From: Deltaproteobacteria bacterium
GTDB lineage: Bacteria; Myxococcota_A; Polyangia; Fen-1088
Reading direction: 5' to 3'
Assembly: GCA_016935975.1 (NCBI GenBank)
Contig: JAFGPX010000084.1
Location: forward strand, 174-64,173
Length of the DNA: 64,000 nucleotides
In this document: piece after piece, positions 9,690 to 18,887 of the stretch
How positions within the stretch are numbered: the first letter of the stretch is position 1
Layout of the letters: each line of letters opens with the position of its first letter
Translations under genes and position numbers: made by a program
The notes under the pieces: model-generated
Database searches by the model: none
Told to the model about the DNA's origin: nothing
Seen by the model: only the letters and a program-made list of their open reading frames with translations

Positions 9690-11381
9690 ATGGCACCCAA
9701 CCTTCGTAGTCTGGCGCTTGCCGTGGCCCTCCTCGGGGTGGGCTGCACGGGGGCAAGCTCCGTCCCCCAGAACACATCGACGGGAGGCATGGCTGGCGGC
9801 GGCCCGGGGAGCGGTGGGGCGACAAGCTCGGGCGGGACCAAAGCGACCGGCGGCACCACAAGCGCTGGCGGTAGCACTGCGACCGGAGGCGCGAGCGGAA
9901 GCGGCGGCAACTCGGCGGCCGGTGGCGCGGGCGGGACGGGCGGGAGCAGCGCGAATGGCGGGACCGGTGGAAGTGGCGGCAGGGGCGGAACGGGTGGCAG
10001 CTCGGACAGCGGCGGCAGGAGCGGGACCGGCGGCAGGACGGCGGCGGCCGGTGGCACAGAGGCGACCGGCGGCAGAGCCGGCAGCGGCGGTGCGGGAAGG
10101 ACGGGCACTGCAGGCGCTCGCACCGGCGGCGCAACCGGTTTCGGCGGTACCACGGGCGGTGCTGGCGGCGGTTCCGCCAGCGGTGGAACCCGATCGGGCG
10201 GCACCACAGGCGCAGGCGGCACGACAGCGGCCGGCGGCACGACGGGCACCGGGGGCTCGACCTCGACCATCATCGCGGCGACGCCGCCCATGGGCTGGAA
10301 TTCGTGGAACAAGTTCGCCTGCAACGGCCTCAACGAATCTGTCGTCAAGGCCCAAGCGGATGCCTTCATCACCAGCGGCATGAAGGACGCCGGCTACCAG
10401 TACGTCAATCTCGACGACTGCTGGATGGACGGGCGCGATTCCAACGGCAAGTTCAAATGGAGCACGAGCAAGTTCCCCTCCGGGATTCCCGCGCTCGCCG
10501 ACTACATTCACAACAAGGGCCTGAAGATCGGTATCTACTCGACCCCCAACACCAAGACTTGCGCGGCGCTCTACGGCGGCTACACCCCCGGAGTTGGCAG
10601 CCTCGGTCACGAAACCCAGGACGCACAGACGTTCGCCGAGTGGGGTATCGACTACCTCAAGTACGACAAATGCCAAGGCCAACTCAGCGCCTTCGCGGTC
10701 ATGCGCGACGCGCTCAGGAAGACCGGGCGCCCCATCGTCTACAGCATCAATCCAGCCGACCAAGGTCCCTATTGCACCCCGACGAACTGCTCGATCGACC
10801 TGGTCAACATCGCGAACCTATGGCGCATCGAGTTCGATATCTCCGCCAAGTGGAGCGAGGTGATTCGGCTCATCGACAAGAACAAGCCCGAATACGTCGG
10901 GGCGGGACCGGGACATTGGAACGATCCCGACATGCTGGAGGTCGGCAACGGCCTCAACGACACGGAAGGGCGGTCCCACTTCAGCATGTGGTGCATCATG
11001 GCGGCGCCGCTCATCACCGGGAACGACCTCTCCACCATGAGCACCGCGACGAAGGCGATTCTCACGAACAAAGAGGTCATCGCCGTCGACCAAGACCCGC
11101 TCGGCAAGCAAGGTCGGGTAGTGGCCGGGAACGGAACGAACCAAGAGGTGTGGTCGAAGGAGATGTCGGGGACCAACACGCGAGCGGTGGCGCTGTTCAA
11201 CCGCGGCACGGGAAGCGCCAACATCACCGTGCAGTGGAGCCAGATCGGCATTCCCACCGGCGCCGCCACCGTCCGCGATCTTTGGGCGGCCAAGGACCTC
11301 GGGGAGTTCACCGGGTCCTACACGGCGAGCAACGTGGCCAGTCACGACGTTGTCATGCTCAAGATCGTGAGCACGCCCTGA
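9690..11381 (+). CDS. GH27 alpha-galactosidase lipoprotein with Gly-rich linker
   Basis: Lipobox LGVGC, about 170-aa G/S/T/R linker, TPPMGWNSWN, NLDDCW, YLKYDKC, GPGHWNDPDMLEVGN, VIAVDQDPLG. Confidence 0.92.
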   Translation: MAPNLRSLALAVALLGVGCTGASSVPQNTSTGGMAGGGPGSGGATSSGGTKATGGTTSAGGSTATGGASGSGGNSAAGGAGGTGGSSANGGTGGSGGRGGTGGSSDSGGRSGTGGRTAAAGGTEATGGRAGSGGAGRTGTAGARTGGATGFGGTTGGAGGGSASGGTRSGGTTGAGGTTAAGGTTGTGGSTSTIIAATPPMGWNSWNKFACNGLNESVVKAQADAFITSGMKDAGYQYVNLDDCWMDGRDSNGKFKWSTSKFPSGIPALADYIHNKGLKIGIYSTPNTKTCAALYGGYTPGVGSLGHETQDAQTFAEWGIDYLKYDKCQGQLSAFAVMRDALRKTGRPIVYSINPADQGPYCTPTNCSIDLVNIANLWRIEFDISAKWSEVIRLIDKNKPEYVGAGPGHWNDPDMLEVGNGLNDTEGRSHFSMWCIMAAPLITGNDLSTMSTATKAILTNKEVIAVDQDPLGKQGRVVAGNGTNQEVWSKEMSGTNTRAVALFNRGTGSANITVQWSQIGIPTGAATVRDLWAAKDLGEFTGSYTASNVASHDVVMLKIVSTP

Positions 11382-11405
11382 GCTGGGCGCTCCGCAAGCC
11401 CCCGG

Positions 11406-12407
11406 TCAATCGCCGGCGAATGTCTTCGGATCTTGCAGCATCCGCCACAAGTGAGTCCTGATGCTCGCTGTGTCGACCTGGGTGACCACCAAGGCATTTC
11501 CAGCGGCATTGGGCACGAGCGGCGGGCCCTGCCCTTGCGGCGAACCGAATACGGCCGTCGGATCAGGTGCGCTGGGTTCCGCCGTGATCACGAAGGTAGA
11601 CACGCCCGCCGCGAGGACCGCCACTTGGTCGGCCGCGGTGTTGAGCTTGGACAGGTTCGGCTGCTTTCCCGCCATCCAGTCTCCGAATGGATTCCTGGGC
11701 AGATTCGCGAGATCGTCTGCCGTCACGTCGCCGCTCTGGTCGTAGCGGACGGGTACCTGGGTGTAGTGGAACTTGTGAGCGACAATCCAGTCCGCCCAGG
11801 GATCGAGATCACCGTTCGGACCGGTCATGAGGGTCTTCCCGGACGAGGACGAGCCAAGCGCCGCCACCACGGTCACACGATCGACCACGGTAGGGTCCAT
11901 GAGATAGGCATCCGCGAGATTGGTGAGCTGAGCGCCGGTCACGACGACGAGAGGGTGCCCGGGCAGATACAGCTGCCTAGAGAGATCCACGATCAACTGG
12001 GCACCCGCTGAGCGTAGCGGGACCGTGGACTCGATTCTCTGGTCGGCAGGCACCGTCAACTGCGTGCTGGCGCCCTCGGTGACATCGGGAATGTGCTCAA
12101 GGCCGCTCGCGCGCGCGGCTGTCACGAGATTGGTCCAGCCGGTCACGTTCGCGTTCTGGTCGGTCCAGTAGTTGCTCGCATCGACAACGATGCCGGCAAG
12201 GCTCAAGCTTCCGGCGTTCGCGAGTAGCACCGCGCACTCGCCGGCCCAGTTGTCGCTCCAGCCATCGTTGTCGATGATGACTGGGTTGCGATGGTCGACG
12301 GGCAACTGCCCGTACAAGTTGCGACCTGCGTCCAGGGTTTCCCCACATCCCGCCGCCGCAAGCGCCAGCCCCAGGTACAAGGCGCATCGTCGCCCGCCAG
12401 GTGGCAC
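11406..12407 (-). CDS. Lipoprotein with inosine/uridine nucleoside hydrolase-like fold
   Basis: Lipobox LAAAGC, PVIIDNDGWSDN, LVVVTGAQLTNLADAYLMDPTVVDRV. Start uncertain (GTG 12407 chosen). Confidence 0.55.
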   Translation of the reverse strand: MPPGGRRCALYLGLALAAAGCGETLDAGRNLYGQLPVDHRNPVIIDNDGWSDNWAGECAVLLANAGSLSLAGIVVDASNYWTDQNANVTGWTNLVTAARASGLEHIPDVTEGASTQLTVPADQRIESTVPLRSAGAQLIVDLSRQLYLPGHPLVVVTGAQLTNLADAYLMDPTVVDRVTVVAALGSSSSGKTLMTGPNGDLDPWADWIVAHKFHYTQVPVRYDQSGDVTADDLANLPRNPFGDWMAGKQPNLSKLNTAADQVAVLAAGVSTFVITAEPSAPDPTAVFGSPQGQGPPLVPNAAGNALVVTQVDTASIRTHLWRMLQDPKTFAGD

Positions 12408-12835
12408 GGCACGAAGGCGAGTACCCGGCTTCGCACCGGGAACAGAACACCGCAGGAAAACGGTGCCTCGGAGGCAGCCGCGGCGCCGCACACGTCGAGC
12501 GTTCGCCCAAGTCCCGTCAGCGTCTTGGCCTGCACGGCCTCCAAGCTTCCGTGCCCGTGCGGTTGCGTCGTCCTCGATTCGTTTCATCGTGGCCTTCCTG
12601 CCTTGAGGAAGCGACACATCTTTCTATACTCGGCCTTGAAACGAAGGCAAGGAGCACTGCGCGCCCATGGCCGGCGGCGCCTGTGCTGTCGGCTATGGTG
12701 GGACGGCTCTGTCCGTCTCGGCTGCGGGAGCCGCGCTGCTTCACGGATGCGCAGGACGTCCGGCACTTCGGCTCGCGGCGAGGATCCGCCCTTCTGGAGA
12801 GCCGCGCCGGAAAGAAGAGTCGGACCATTCGGTCA

Positions 12836-13345
12836 TCAGTATTCCTCCATGAATATCCCGCGCAAGGCCCAGCCGATCTGCTTGCGGACGTCTTCGACAT
12901 CAATGCCTTGCTGTTTCTTGTCCACCCAGACGTCGTAGAGCCCTTCCACCAAGGCGCCCTTTTCGGCTGACCAGTATTTGTGGCTGTTGAGCATCCTGAT
13001 CGTCTCCGGGCCGAACGCTGCGATCGCGGCGTCGGAGACGTCTAGTGGCGCCAGGGCCGTCTTGGCCAAGCCCGGAGCGCCGATGGGCGGCGTCGTTGTC
13101 CCCTGATTGGCGAGCGGCGGTGACGAGGAAGGCCTCTCCGGCAGCGCCAACCGCGGCGGCGGTAGGGACCGCTTCTTGGCCACTTTCGGTTGGGAGCCTA
13201 ACGTCGCAGCTCTTTCGGCAGACGGGTCCTCCAGCGACGGCTCGCCAGCCACCTTTGGCTCGCGGTTTCCCAACCAGAACCAACCGAGCGGAAGCAGCAA
13301 CAGCAACAACCAGAACCACCGGCCCTTTTTCCTGCGGTTGGTCAT
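12836..13345 (-). CDS. Hypothetical membrane-anchored protein
   Basis: MTNRRKKGR, then a TM helix, Pro-rich linker and small C-terminal domain; RBS AAAGGAG; ECF-like motif upstream. Confidence 0.6.
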   Translation of the reverse strand: MTNRRKKGRWFWLLLLLLPLGWFWLGNREPKVAGEPSLEDPSAERAATLGSQPKVAKKRSLPPPRLALPERPSSSPPLANQGTTTPPIGAPGLAKTALAPLDVSDAAIAAFGPETIRMLNSHKYWSAEKGALVEGLYDVWVDKKQQGIDVEDVRKQIGWALRGIFMEEY

Positions 13346-13408
13346 GGCACTCCTTTGGGTGGGGAAGACGCGTACGAGGATTCTACGCGCGGCTCCCAGA
13401 CTGGTGCA

Positions 13409-13436
13409 ATGCAACTCCGGAGGCGTTTCGATCACA
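13409..13436 (-). promoter_or_regulatory. Predicted ECF promoter TGTGATCGA-N15-GCAT (copy 1)
   Basis: Minus strand tgtgatcga aacgcctccggagtt gcat, about 64 nt upstream of ATG 13345. Confidence 0.7.
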
Positions 13437-13636
13437 GGATTTCCTGGGCTCGGGCAGCATGCGCGACGGGACTGAAGTGATGAACATGGGGGGCTCGTTG
13501 ACAGGGGATCCGTTGTCGCGCACCATGGCCCACGATGCGCCGATACGAGAGAAGGCAGTCCAGCTTTCCATGGGCATGCAACCCACGAGGGCTCGATCCG
13601 GCAACGATGGAGGTGAGGGTCCGGGATGAATGCCCC

Positions 13637-14662
13637 GTGATTTCGATTGCCTTCTTCGGTCTTGCCGTGGGCATGCTGCTTTCGGTGCTAGTGCTGTCCG
13701 CAGGCTGCAGGTGCGGACGGACCAGCTCCCATGGAACTGCAGCGCCGGTCGAGACGAGGGCGAATCTCGCAGACGACGGTCCTGGGCGCGCTTGGGGGGG
13801 CACGGCGCGAAGCTGCAAAGGACTCGCGCCGACCTGCGGGCCATCGGGCAACGATGACTGCTGCAAGAGCCTGCGGGTTCCGGGCGGGACCTTCGCGCGG
13901 AGCTACGATGGCGTGGACTTCCTGGACAAGAGCTTCCCGGCGACGGTGAGCGACTTCTACCTCGACAAATACGAGGTCACGGTGGGCCGGTTCCGGGCCT
14001 TCGTGAACGCGGGCATGGGCACGCAGAAGAACCCGCCGCGGGAGGACACGGGCGCACATCCGAAGATCGCGGGCTCTGGCTGGGACTCCGCATGGAACGC
14101 CAAGCTGCCGGCAAAAATGGACGCGCTGAAGGCCGCCCTCAAGTGCCACACGTCCTTCCAGACCTGGACGGACGCGCCGGGGAGCAACGAGAGCAAGCCG
14201 GTAAACTGCCTGGACTGGTACGCGGCATTCGCCTTCTGCGCGTGGGACGGCGGGCGTCTGGCGACCGAGGCGGAGTGGAACTACGCGGCCGCAGGAGGCA
14301 GCGAACAACGGTACTATCCCTGGTCGATCCCTCCAAGCTCCACGGCAATCGATGACAGCTACGCGGTGTACTGCGGTGGCACATGCAAGCTGCTGGACGT
14401 GGGCGCGAAGTCGCCGAAGGGCGACGGGAGGTGGGGGCAGTCCGACCTGGGCGGAAATGCTTGGGAGTGGACGCTCGACTGGGATCCCGTCCAGTACCCA
14501 ATGCCGTGCCACGACTGTGCCCATGTGAAAGCAGGCACCTACAGGGCTTTCCGGAGCGGCAGCAACGACGACATCGCCGCGACTCTCCGGTCGTCCGTTC
14601 GGCACGTCTACTACCCCGACTACCGCGGCGTCAACGGAGCCCGTTGCGCCAGGACCCCATGA
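13637..14662 (+). CDS. Formylglycine-generating enzyme (FGE/SUMF1) family protein, probable lipoprotein
   Basis: VPGGTF, FYLDKYEVTVGRF, PVNCLDW, RLATEAEWNYAAAGG, DLGGNAWEW, GARCAR; lipobox LSAGC. Confidence 0.85.
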   Translation: MISIAFFGLAVGMLLSVLVLSAGCRCGRTSSHGTAAPVETRANLADDGPGRAWGGTARSCKGLAPTCGPSGNDDCCKSLRVPGGTFARSYDGVDFLDKSFPATVSDFYLDKYEVTVGRFRAFVNAGMGTQKNPPREDTGAHPKIAGSGWDSAWNAKLPAKMDALKAALKCHTSFQTWTDAPGSNESKPVNCLDWYAAFAFCAWDGGRLATEAEWNYAAAGGSEQRYYPWSIPPSSTAIDDSYAVYCGGTCKLLDVGAKSPKGDGRWGQSDLGGNAWEWTLDWDPVQYPMPCHDCAHVKAGTYRAFRSGSNDDIAATLRSSVRHVYYPDYRGVNGARCARTP

Positions 14663-14671
14663 CTCCGCCCG

Positions 14672-15031
14672 CTACGATCCAGGGCAGATGTCCGTCTGCT
14701 TCCCCGCGAAAGGCTTCGCGACCTCGCTCACCTGCTTGCCGACCACGGTGATCGTCGCGGTGTCGTTGCTGCCCAAATGCTCCGCGGCCAACGCCGTCAG
14801 GTAGGGGACCTTCTTCGGGTCGCACTTCATGACCAGGGCTTGGACGGTATCGACGGCGAGAACGTTGCTGCCGGCCAGGATGAGGCGCATGTTCTTCGTC
14901 GAGGATTCGTAGTCGTACGTGCCGCTGTCGTCCCACACGGGCAGAGGACCGTGCTCGAGTCCCTGCAAGCCGTCCATGACCACGAAGTCGGCGGGGCGGA
15001 TGCCGTAGTAGTCGCGGATGAACGTGGATCT
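14672..15031 (-). pseudogene. C-terminal fragment of a DUF362 domain protein
   Basis: ADFVVMDGLQGLEHGP..MRLILAGSNVLAVDTVQALVMKCDPKKVPYL; the N-terminal part is absent and no plausible start was seen. Confidence 0.65.
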
Positions 15032-15120
15032 CGCGTCTCCCGGGGATCTCGATTCACCAGCAGGGTGCGTGGCGAGATCCACGGCGACCGCGCAGCGGGC
15101 GCACCGAGAGGGGTGGGGGG

Positions 15121-15186
15121 CCCGACGGGCTTTGCCCGCTCGGGGCGGGGAGGCTGGCCTCCCCGCCGTTTCGCGGAACGCGAAAC
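15121..15186. repeat. Three consecutive hairpins (REP-like or structured element)
   Basis: cccgacgggc-ttt-gcccgctcggg; ggcggggaggc-tg-gcctccccgcc; gtttcgcg-gaa-cgcgaaac. Confidence 0.55.
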
Positions 15187-15210
15187 CCAGGTTCAATCGT
15201 CGCCGCTTGG

Positions 15211-16323
15211 CTAGTCTGCCAGTGGGAAGTACGCGTTCGCCTGCCGTGCCATCGAGTCCTCACCCGACGAGGTGGCATGGCAGCTGTCGGACATGACCTC
15301 GCCCTTGGTGCTGTCGAGCTTCCACTGACCGAGGTAGACCACATCCGTGATGCCCTCCGCGGCGATCTTCTTGGCCTCGTCGTCCGTCCATTTGGCGCCG
15401 CCCGTGCCAGCCAGGGTACACTCGTGTCCGGCCTCGTACACCGGCTGCCCCGACAGGTAGATCTTCGTGCCCGGGTTGACGTGAGCCTTCGCCGCCGTGA
15501 TCATCCTCCTCACCTCGTCATCGGTCGCCCTGCTGCTGAAGATGCAGATCATGACCTGGACCCCTTTGACCACGTCCTTCCCTCCGATCGACTGCATCTT
15601 GCGGTCGAAGAGCTGCCAAGAACTGCTATTCGAGTCTGTCCAGTTCTGGACGACCATGGCACCCGTACCATAGCTATCCGAGTTCCACATCACCCCGTTG
15701 CCAACCCGCTTGTTTCCATTGCCGATGTTGTTGGCCATCGAGCATCCGGTATAGGCAATCGCGTTCTTGCCAAAGCCGGTCGTCGGGGGCGTGGTGCCCC
15801 CCGTGCTGGTCGTGCCACCTGTGGCCGCGCCGCCGGTGCCGGTGGTGCGACCACCTGTCCCGGCACGGCCCGTCCCCGTCGTACGACCGCCCGTGCCGCT
15901 CGCTCCAGCGCCTCCAGTTTCACCGCCCGAGCCCTCCACTCCGCCACTGCCCGAGTCTCCGCCGGAGCCAGTCCTGCCTCCAACCATCGTACGACCGCCC
16001 GTACCAGACCGGCCGCCTCTGCCGGTGGTGCCGCCCGACTCCGTGGCGCCGCCGCTGCTGGTCGTGCCGCCCGAGCTGGTCGTGCCGCCCGAGCTGGTCG
16101 TGCCGCCCGTGCTCGTCGTGCCGCCCGTGCTCGTCGTGCCGCCGCTGCTCGTCGTGCCGCCGCTGCTGGTCGTGCCACCTGTATTCTCGTTGCCGCCGCT
16201 GCCGCCGGACTGACCACCCGTGCCAATCACGCTTCCGCCCGTCGATTGCTCACACCCGACGAGCATGAAGGCGGCCAAGCCGATCGGCAGACAGACCCGG
16301 CTGATGATGCGCGCATGGTTCAT
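15211..16323 (-). CDS. Gly-linker lipoprotein with SGNH-like hydrolase domain
   Basis: RBS AGGAGG, lipobox LVGC, SGGTTS repeats, AYTGCSM (block I-like) and DSCH (DxxH) near the C-terminus. Confidence 0.7.
   Translation of the reverse strand: MNHARIISRVCLPIGLAAFMLVGCEQSTGGSVIGTGGQSGGSGGNENTGGTTSSGGTTSSGGTTSTGGTTSTGGTTSSGGTTSSGGTTSSGGATESGGTTGRGGRSGTGGRTMVGGRTGSGGDSGSGGVEGSGGETGGAGASGTGGRTTGTGRAGTGGRTTGTGGAATGGTTSTGGTTPPTTGFGKNAIAYTGCSMANNIGNGNKRVGNGVMWNSDSYGTGAMVVQNWTDSNSSSWQLFDRKMQSIGGKDVVKGVQVMICIFSSRATDDEVRRMITAAKAHVNPGTKIYLSGQPVYEAGHECTLAGTGGAKWTDDEAKKIAAEGITDVVYLGQWKLDSTKGEVMSDSCHATSSGEDSMARQANAYFPLAD
16048..16179 (-). repeat. 18-bp tandem repeats encoding (S/T)GGTTS
   Basis: About 7 near-identical units (gccgcccgagctggtcgt and variants). 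Confidence 0.85.
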
Positions 16324-16376
16324 TGGAAATCTCCTCCTGTTGGACTGACGCCCGCGCGGACGCCCATATCCCATTC

Positions 16377-16404
16377 ATGCGGGCACAGGGCCAAATCGAT
16401 CACA
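16377..16404 (-). promoter_or_regulatory. Predicted ECF promoter TGTGATCGA-N15-GCAT (copy 2)
   Basis: tgtgatcga tttggccctgtgccc gcat, about 54 nt upstream of ATG 16323. Confidence 0.7.
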
Positions 16405-16516
16405 CGGTCGTCCTGTGTGAGACGAACCGAGCCCCTTGACAGACTGCTCTTCCTGGGGACCGCAGCACGTCCGCCGCAACTAGGCGACAACGGGCCCGCG
16501 CCCGGCCCCGGCCATG

Positions 16517-17803
16517 CTACGGGAGCGTATAACGCTTCAAGACTTCCCACGCCACGTCGGGAATGGCGAAGGATGCGTAGTTGGCGCAATGCGTGCCGTC
16601 CTGCACCGTGCAGAGGATCGTCTCCACACCCTCCGCGCACTCTGGATACGCCTTGCACGATGCGTTCTCCGGCATCGGTGCCGGAGTACCCGTGCATTGG
16701 TTGATCTGCCCCCATTTCGTGAAGTTCGGTTCCGCCCCGCTGTAGTTCACCATCTGGTCTTTGGTAGCGCGGAACTGTATCTCCGTGATGGGTCGCGAAG
16801 GGTTGCAGGGGGTGGCGACAGTATCGAAATCGACCGGGGCCACCGCCGCGATCACGTCGGCCGCATCGCACGCCAGCTTGTAGGACATCGCGCCGCCGTT
16901 CGAGCAGCCCGTGGCGTAAACGCGTTTGCCGTCGATGCAGGCATCGGTCTTGAGCGCTGCGATGACCGCCTTCACGAAAGCCACATCGTCGACCTTGTCG
17001 GTCGTTGCCGGCGGGCAGCAGCCGCCGCCGTTCCACGACTTCCCGACCCCATCCCCGTAGATTACGAGGATTCCCTCCTTGTCCGCGAGCTTGTCGAAGC
17101 GGGACATCGACTTCTCCATGGCGCCGTCGCCACCCATCCCGTGGAAATCGAAAACGACAGGGAAGGGTGTCTTGCCGGTATAGCTGGTAGGCGCATAGAC
17201 GGTGTAGGTGCGGTCGAGGGTACCCACCGTGATCGTCTTTTTCGTGGATCCGGCCTTGAGCGTGGCGCCTGCCGGGCACTCCCCGCTGCTGCCGCCGCTG
17301 CCGCCGGAAGCTCCGCCCGTGCCCACGCCACCCATCCCCGTCTGTCCGCCGTCGCTCCCGGTCTGCCCGCCCTCGCCCGCGGCCCCGCTGGAACCGCCGC
17401 GACCGGTCGCGCCGCCGCGTCCGCTCGCACCGCCGCGTCCGGTCATGCCACCGCGTCCGGTCACGCCGCCGCGTCCGCTCGCACCACCAGCGGCCATGCC
17501 GCCGCTTCCAATGCGCCCGCCCGTAGACACGCCCCCAGCGCTTTCACCACCACTGCCCACGCCGCCGCTGCCGAGGTCTCCGCCCGAGCCACTCGTGCCT
17601 CCGGAGTCGATTCGCGTGCTGCTCGTCCCTCCCGTGCTGGTTGTGCCCCCGCTGCTCGTGGTTCCGCCCGAGCTGGTTGCGCCACCCGACCCAGATTCCG
17701 CTCCCCCGGATCCACTGGGAGTCCCTGCGGGGTTGGAGGTACACGCGCTCGCCAGAAAGGCAAGCGCCACGAAGAGCAATCTCCTCTGCGGGGCAAAATG
17801 CAT
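16517..17803 (-). CDS. CE1-like / PHB-depolymerase-family esterase lipoprotein with Gly-rich linker
   Basis: Lipobox LASAC, GRGG repeats, PVVFDFHG, SWNGGGCC, DDVAFV, RVYATGCSNGG, C-terminal His. Confidence 0.85.
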   Translation of the reverse strand: MHFAPQRRLLFVALAFLASACTSNPAGTPSGSGGAESGSGGATSSGGTTSSGGTTSTGGTSSTRIDSGGTSGSGGDLGSGGVGSGGESAGGVSTGGRIGSGGMAAGGASGRGGVTGRGGMTGRGGASGRGGATGRGGSSGAAGEGGQTGSDGGQTGMGGVGTGGASGGSGGSSGECPAGATLKAGSTKKTITVGTLDRTYTVYAPTSYTGKTPFPVVFDFHGMGGDGAMEKSMSRFDKLADKEGILVIYGDGVGKSWNGGGCCPPATTDKVDDVAFVKAVIAALKTDACIDGKRVYATGCSNGGAMSYKLACDAADVIAAVAPVDFDTVATPCNPSRPITEIQFRATKDQMVNYSGAEPNFTKWGQINQCTGTPAPMPENASCKAYPECAEGVETILCTVQDGTHCANYASFAIPDVAWEVLKRYTLP

Positions 17804-17960
17804 GGTTGTCTCCTTGGTTGCGAGCCGTCACAGCGCGACCCGGGTCCGACGCCTAGGCGCTGGCCGCCAAACAGCGCCATCAGCGCCGACGCGAACGTCG
17901 CCTTCTCGTGCGCAACGGGTCACTTGGACGCGCTCTCTGCGGGTAGAATCCTGCCCTGAG

Positions 17961-17988
17961 ATGCGCGCAGAAACCTGGTTCGATCACA
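17961..17988 (-). promoter_or_regulatory. Predicted ECF promoter TGTGATCGA-N15-GCAT (copy 3)
   Basis: tgtgatcga accaggtttctgcgc gcat, in the intergenic gap about 158 nt upstream of ATG 17803. Confidence 0.7.
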
Positions 17989-17994
17989 CGATCT

Positions 17995-18864
17995 TCACTG
18001 CGCGATGCAGTTGTCCTGCATGATCTTCCAGATCGCGTCGGCGATGGCCCGTCCCCCGGCATCCGACGCCTGGATCTTGCTCACTGGGTCGGTGTATTCC
18101 GGGTGCCCCGCCCAGATCGGCTGCAGATCGAGGAAGTGACACGCCACTTTGTTCCTATTCGTGAGATCCGTGCATGCCTGTTGCACGAGTGGCCGCAGAG
18201 CGGGAACCCCGTAGATCGTGGGCAGCTCGGGATTGAGGAAGTAGACGATGTGCTCGACCGTTCCGTCTCTCTCCACCTGGTCCAGGAACAGCTCGAAATC
18301 GCTCGCCTCCTTGGCTACCGCGGCGTTCACGTCTCCGCCGTTGATGCCGGCCCAGGTGGTTTCCCAGGTCCCCCCATTCATGATCACCACCTTGAGCTTG
18401 GTGGCACCTGACTGCAGTGACCGGTATTGCTCGGTGATCGCCGCCATGCTGGCGGCTGCGGCGGCGGCCACCCGGTACTCCTCGTTCGGTCCGATGGCCC
18501 GCGCCGCACGTGCGTAGTCCTGGACCGTCGTGTACTGGGAGCCAGGAATGGTCACCCACGAATCGCCTATCCAACCGACCTCGTTCGCCTTCACCTGACC
18601 CTTCACGCAAACGCTGCCACTCTCCGAGTCGATGGCGCCCTCGTCCACTCCCAGAATCGCGTCCTTCCCATCCGCACCGAGAGCCACGTCAGCCGCGTCC
18701 GCGCCAGCCGGCACGTCCTCTCCGTCCGCAGCGACGGCCGCGTCCCCTGCATCCGCCAACGCACGCGCTCTGCCCAGGCGGATCACCTTGCCGTCGCAGG
18801 CAGCGATGGCGACCAAGACCGCCATCGACCAAGCGGTATGCGCGACAAGTGCCGACCTAGCCAT
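17995..18864 (-). CDS. SGNH/GDSL-fold lipoprotein with degenerate catalytic motifs
   Basis: Lipobox IAAC, WIGDSW, VIMNGGTWE, FLDLQPIW..KIQAS (Gln at the expected His position). Confidence 0.7.
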   Translation of the reverse strand: MARSALVAHTAWSMAVLVAIAACDGKVIRLGRARALADAGDAAVAADGEDVPAGADAADVALGADGKDAILGVDEGAIDSESGSVCVKGQVKANEVGWIGDSWVTIPGSQYTTVQDYARAARAIGPNEEYRVAAAAAASMAAITEQYRSLQSGATKLKVVIMNGGTWETTWAGINGGDVNAAVAKEASDFELFLDQVERDGTVEHIVYFLNPELPTIYGVPALRPLVQQACTDLTNRNKVACHFLDLQPIWAGHPEYTDPVSKIQASDAGGRAIADAIWKIMQDNCIAQ

Positions 18865-18870
18865 CGCCTA

Positions 18871-18880
18871 ATGGTACCAT
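18871..18880. promoter_or_regulatory. Palindromic extended -10 (ATGGTACCAT), putative bidirectional leaderless promoter
   Basis: Reads TGgTACCAT on both strands, 7 nt before ATG 18888 (+) and 6 nt before ATG 18864 (-). The 23-bp gap has no RBS. Confidence 0.6.
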
Positions 18881-18887
18881 CCTCGCG

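Noticed and set aside
16048-17490. Short tandem repeats as a possible CRISPR array
   Set aside because: In-frame 18-bp coding repeats without unique spacers, and no cas genes
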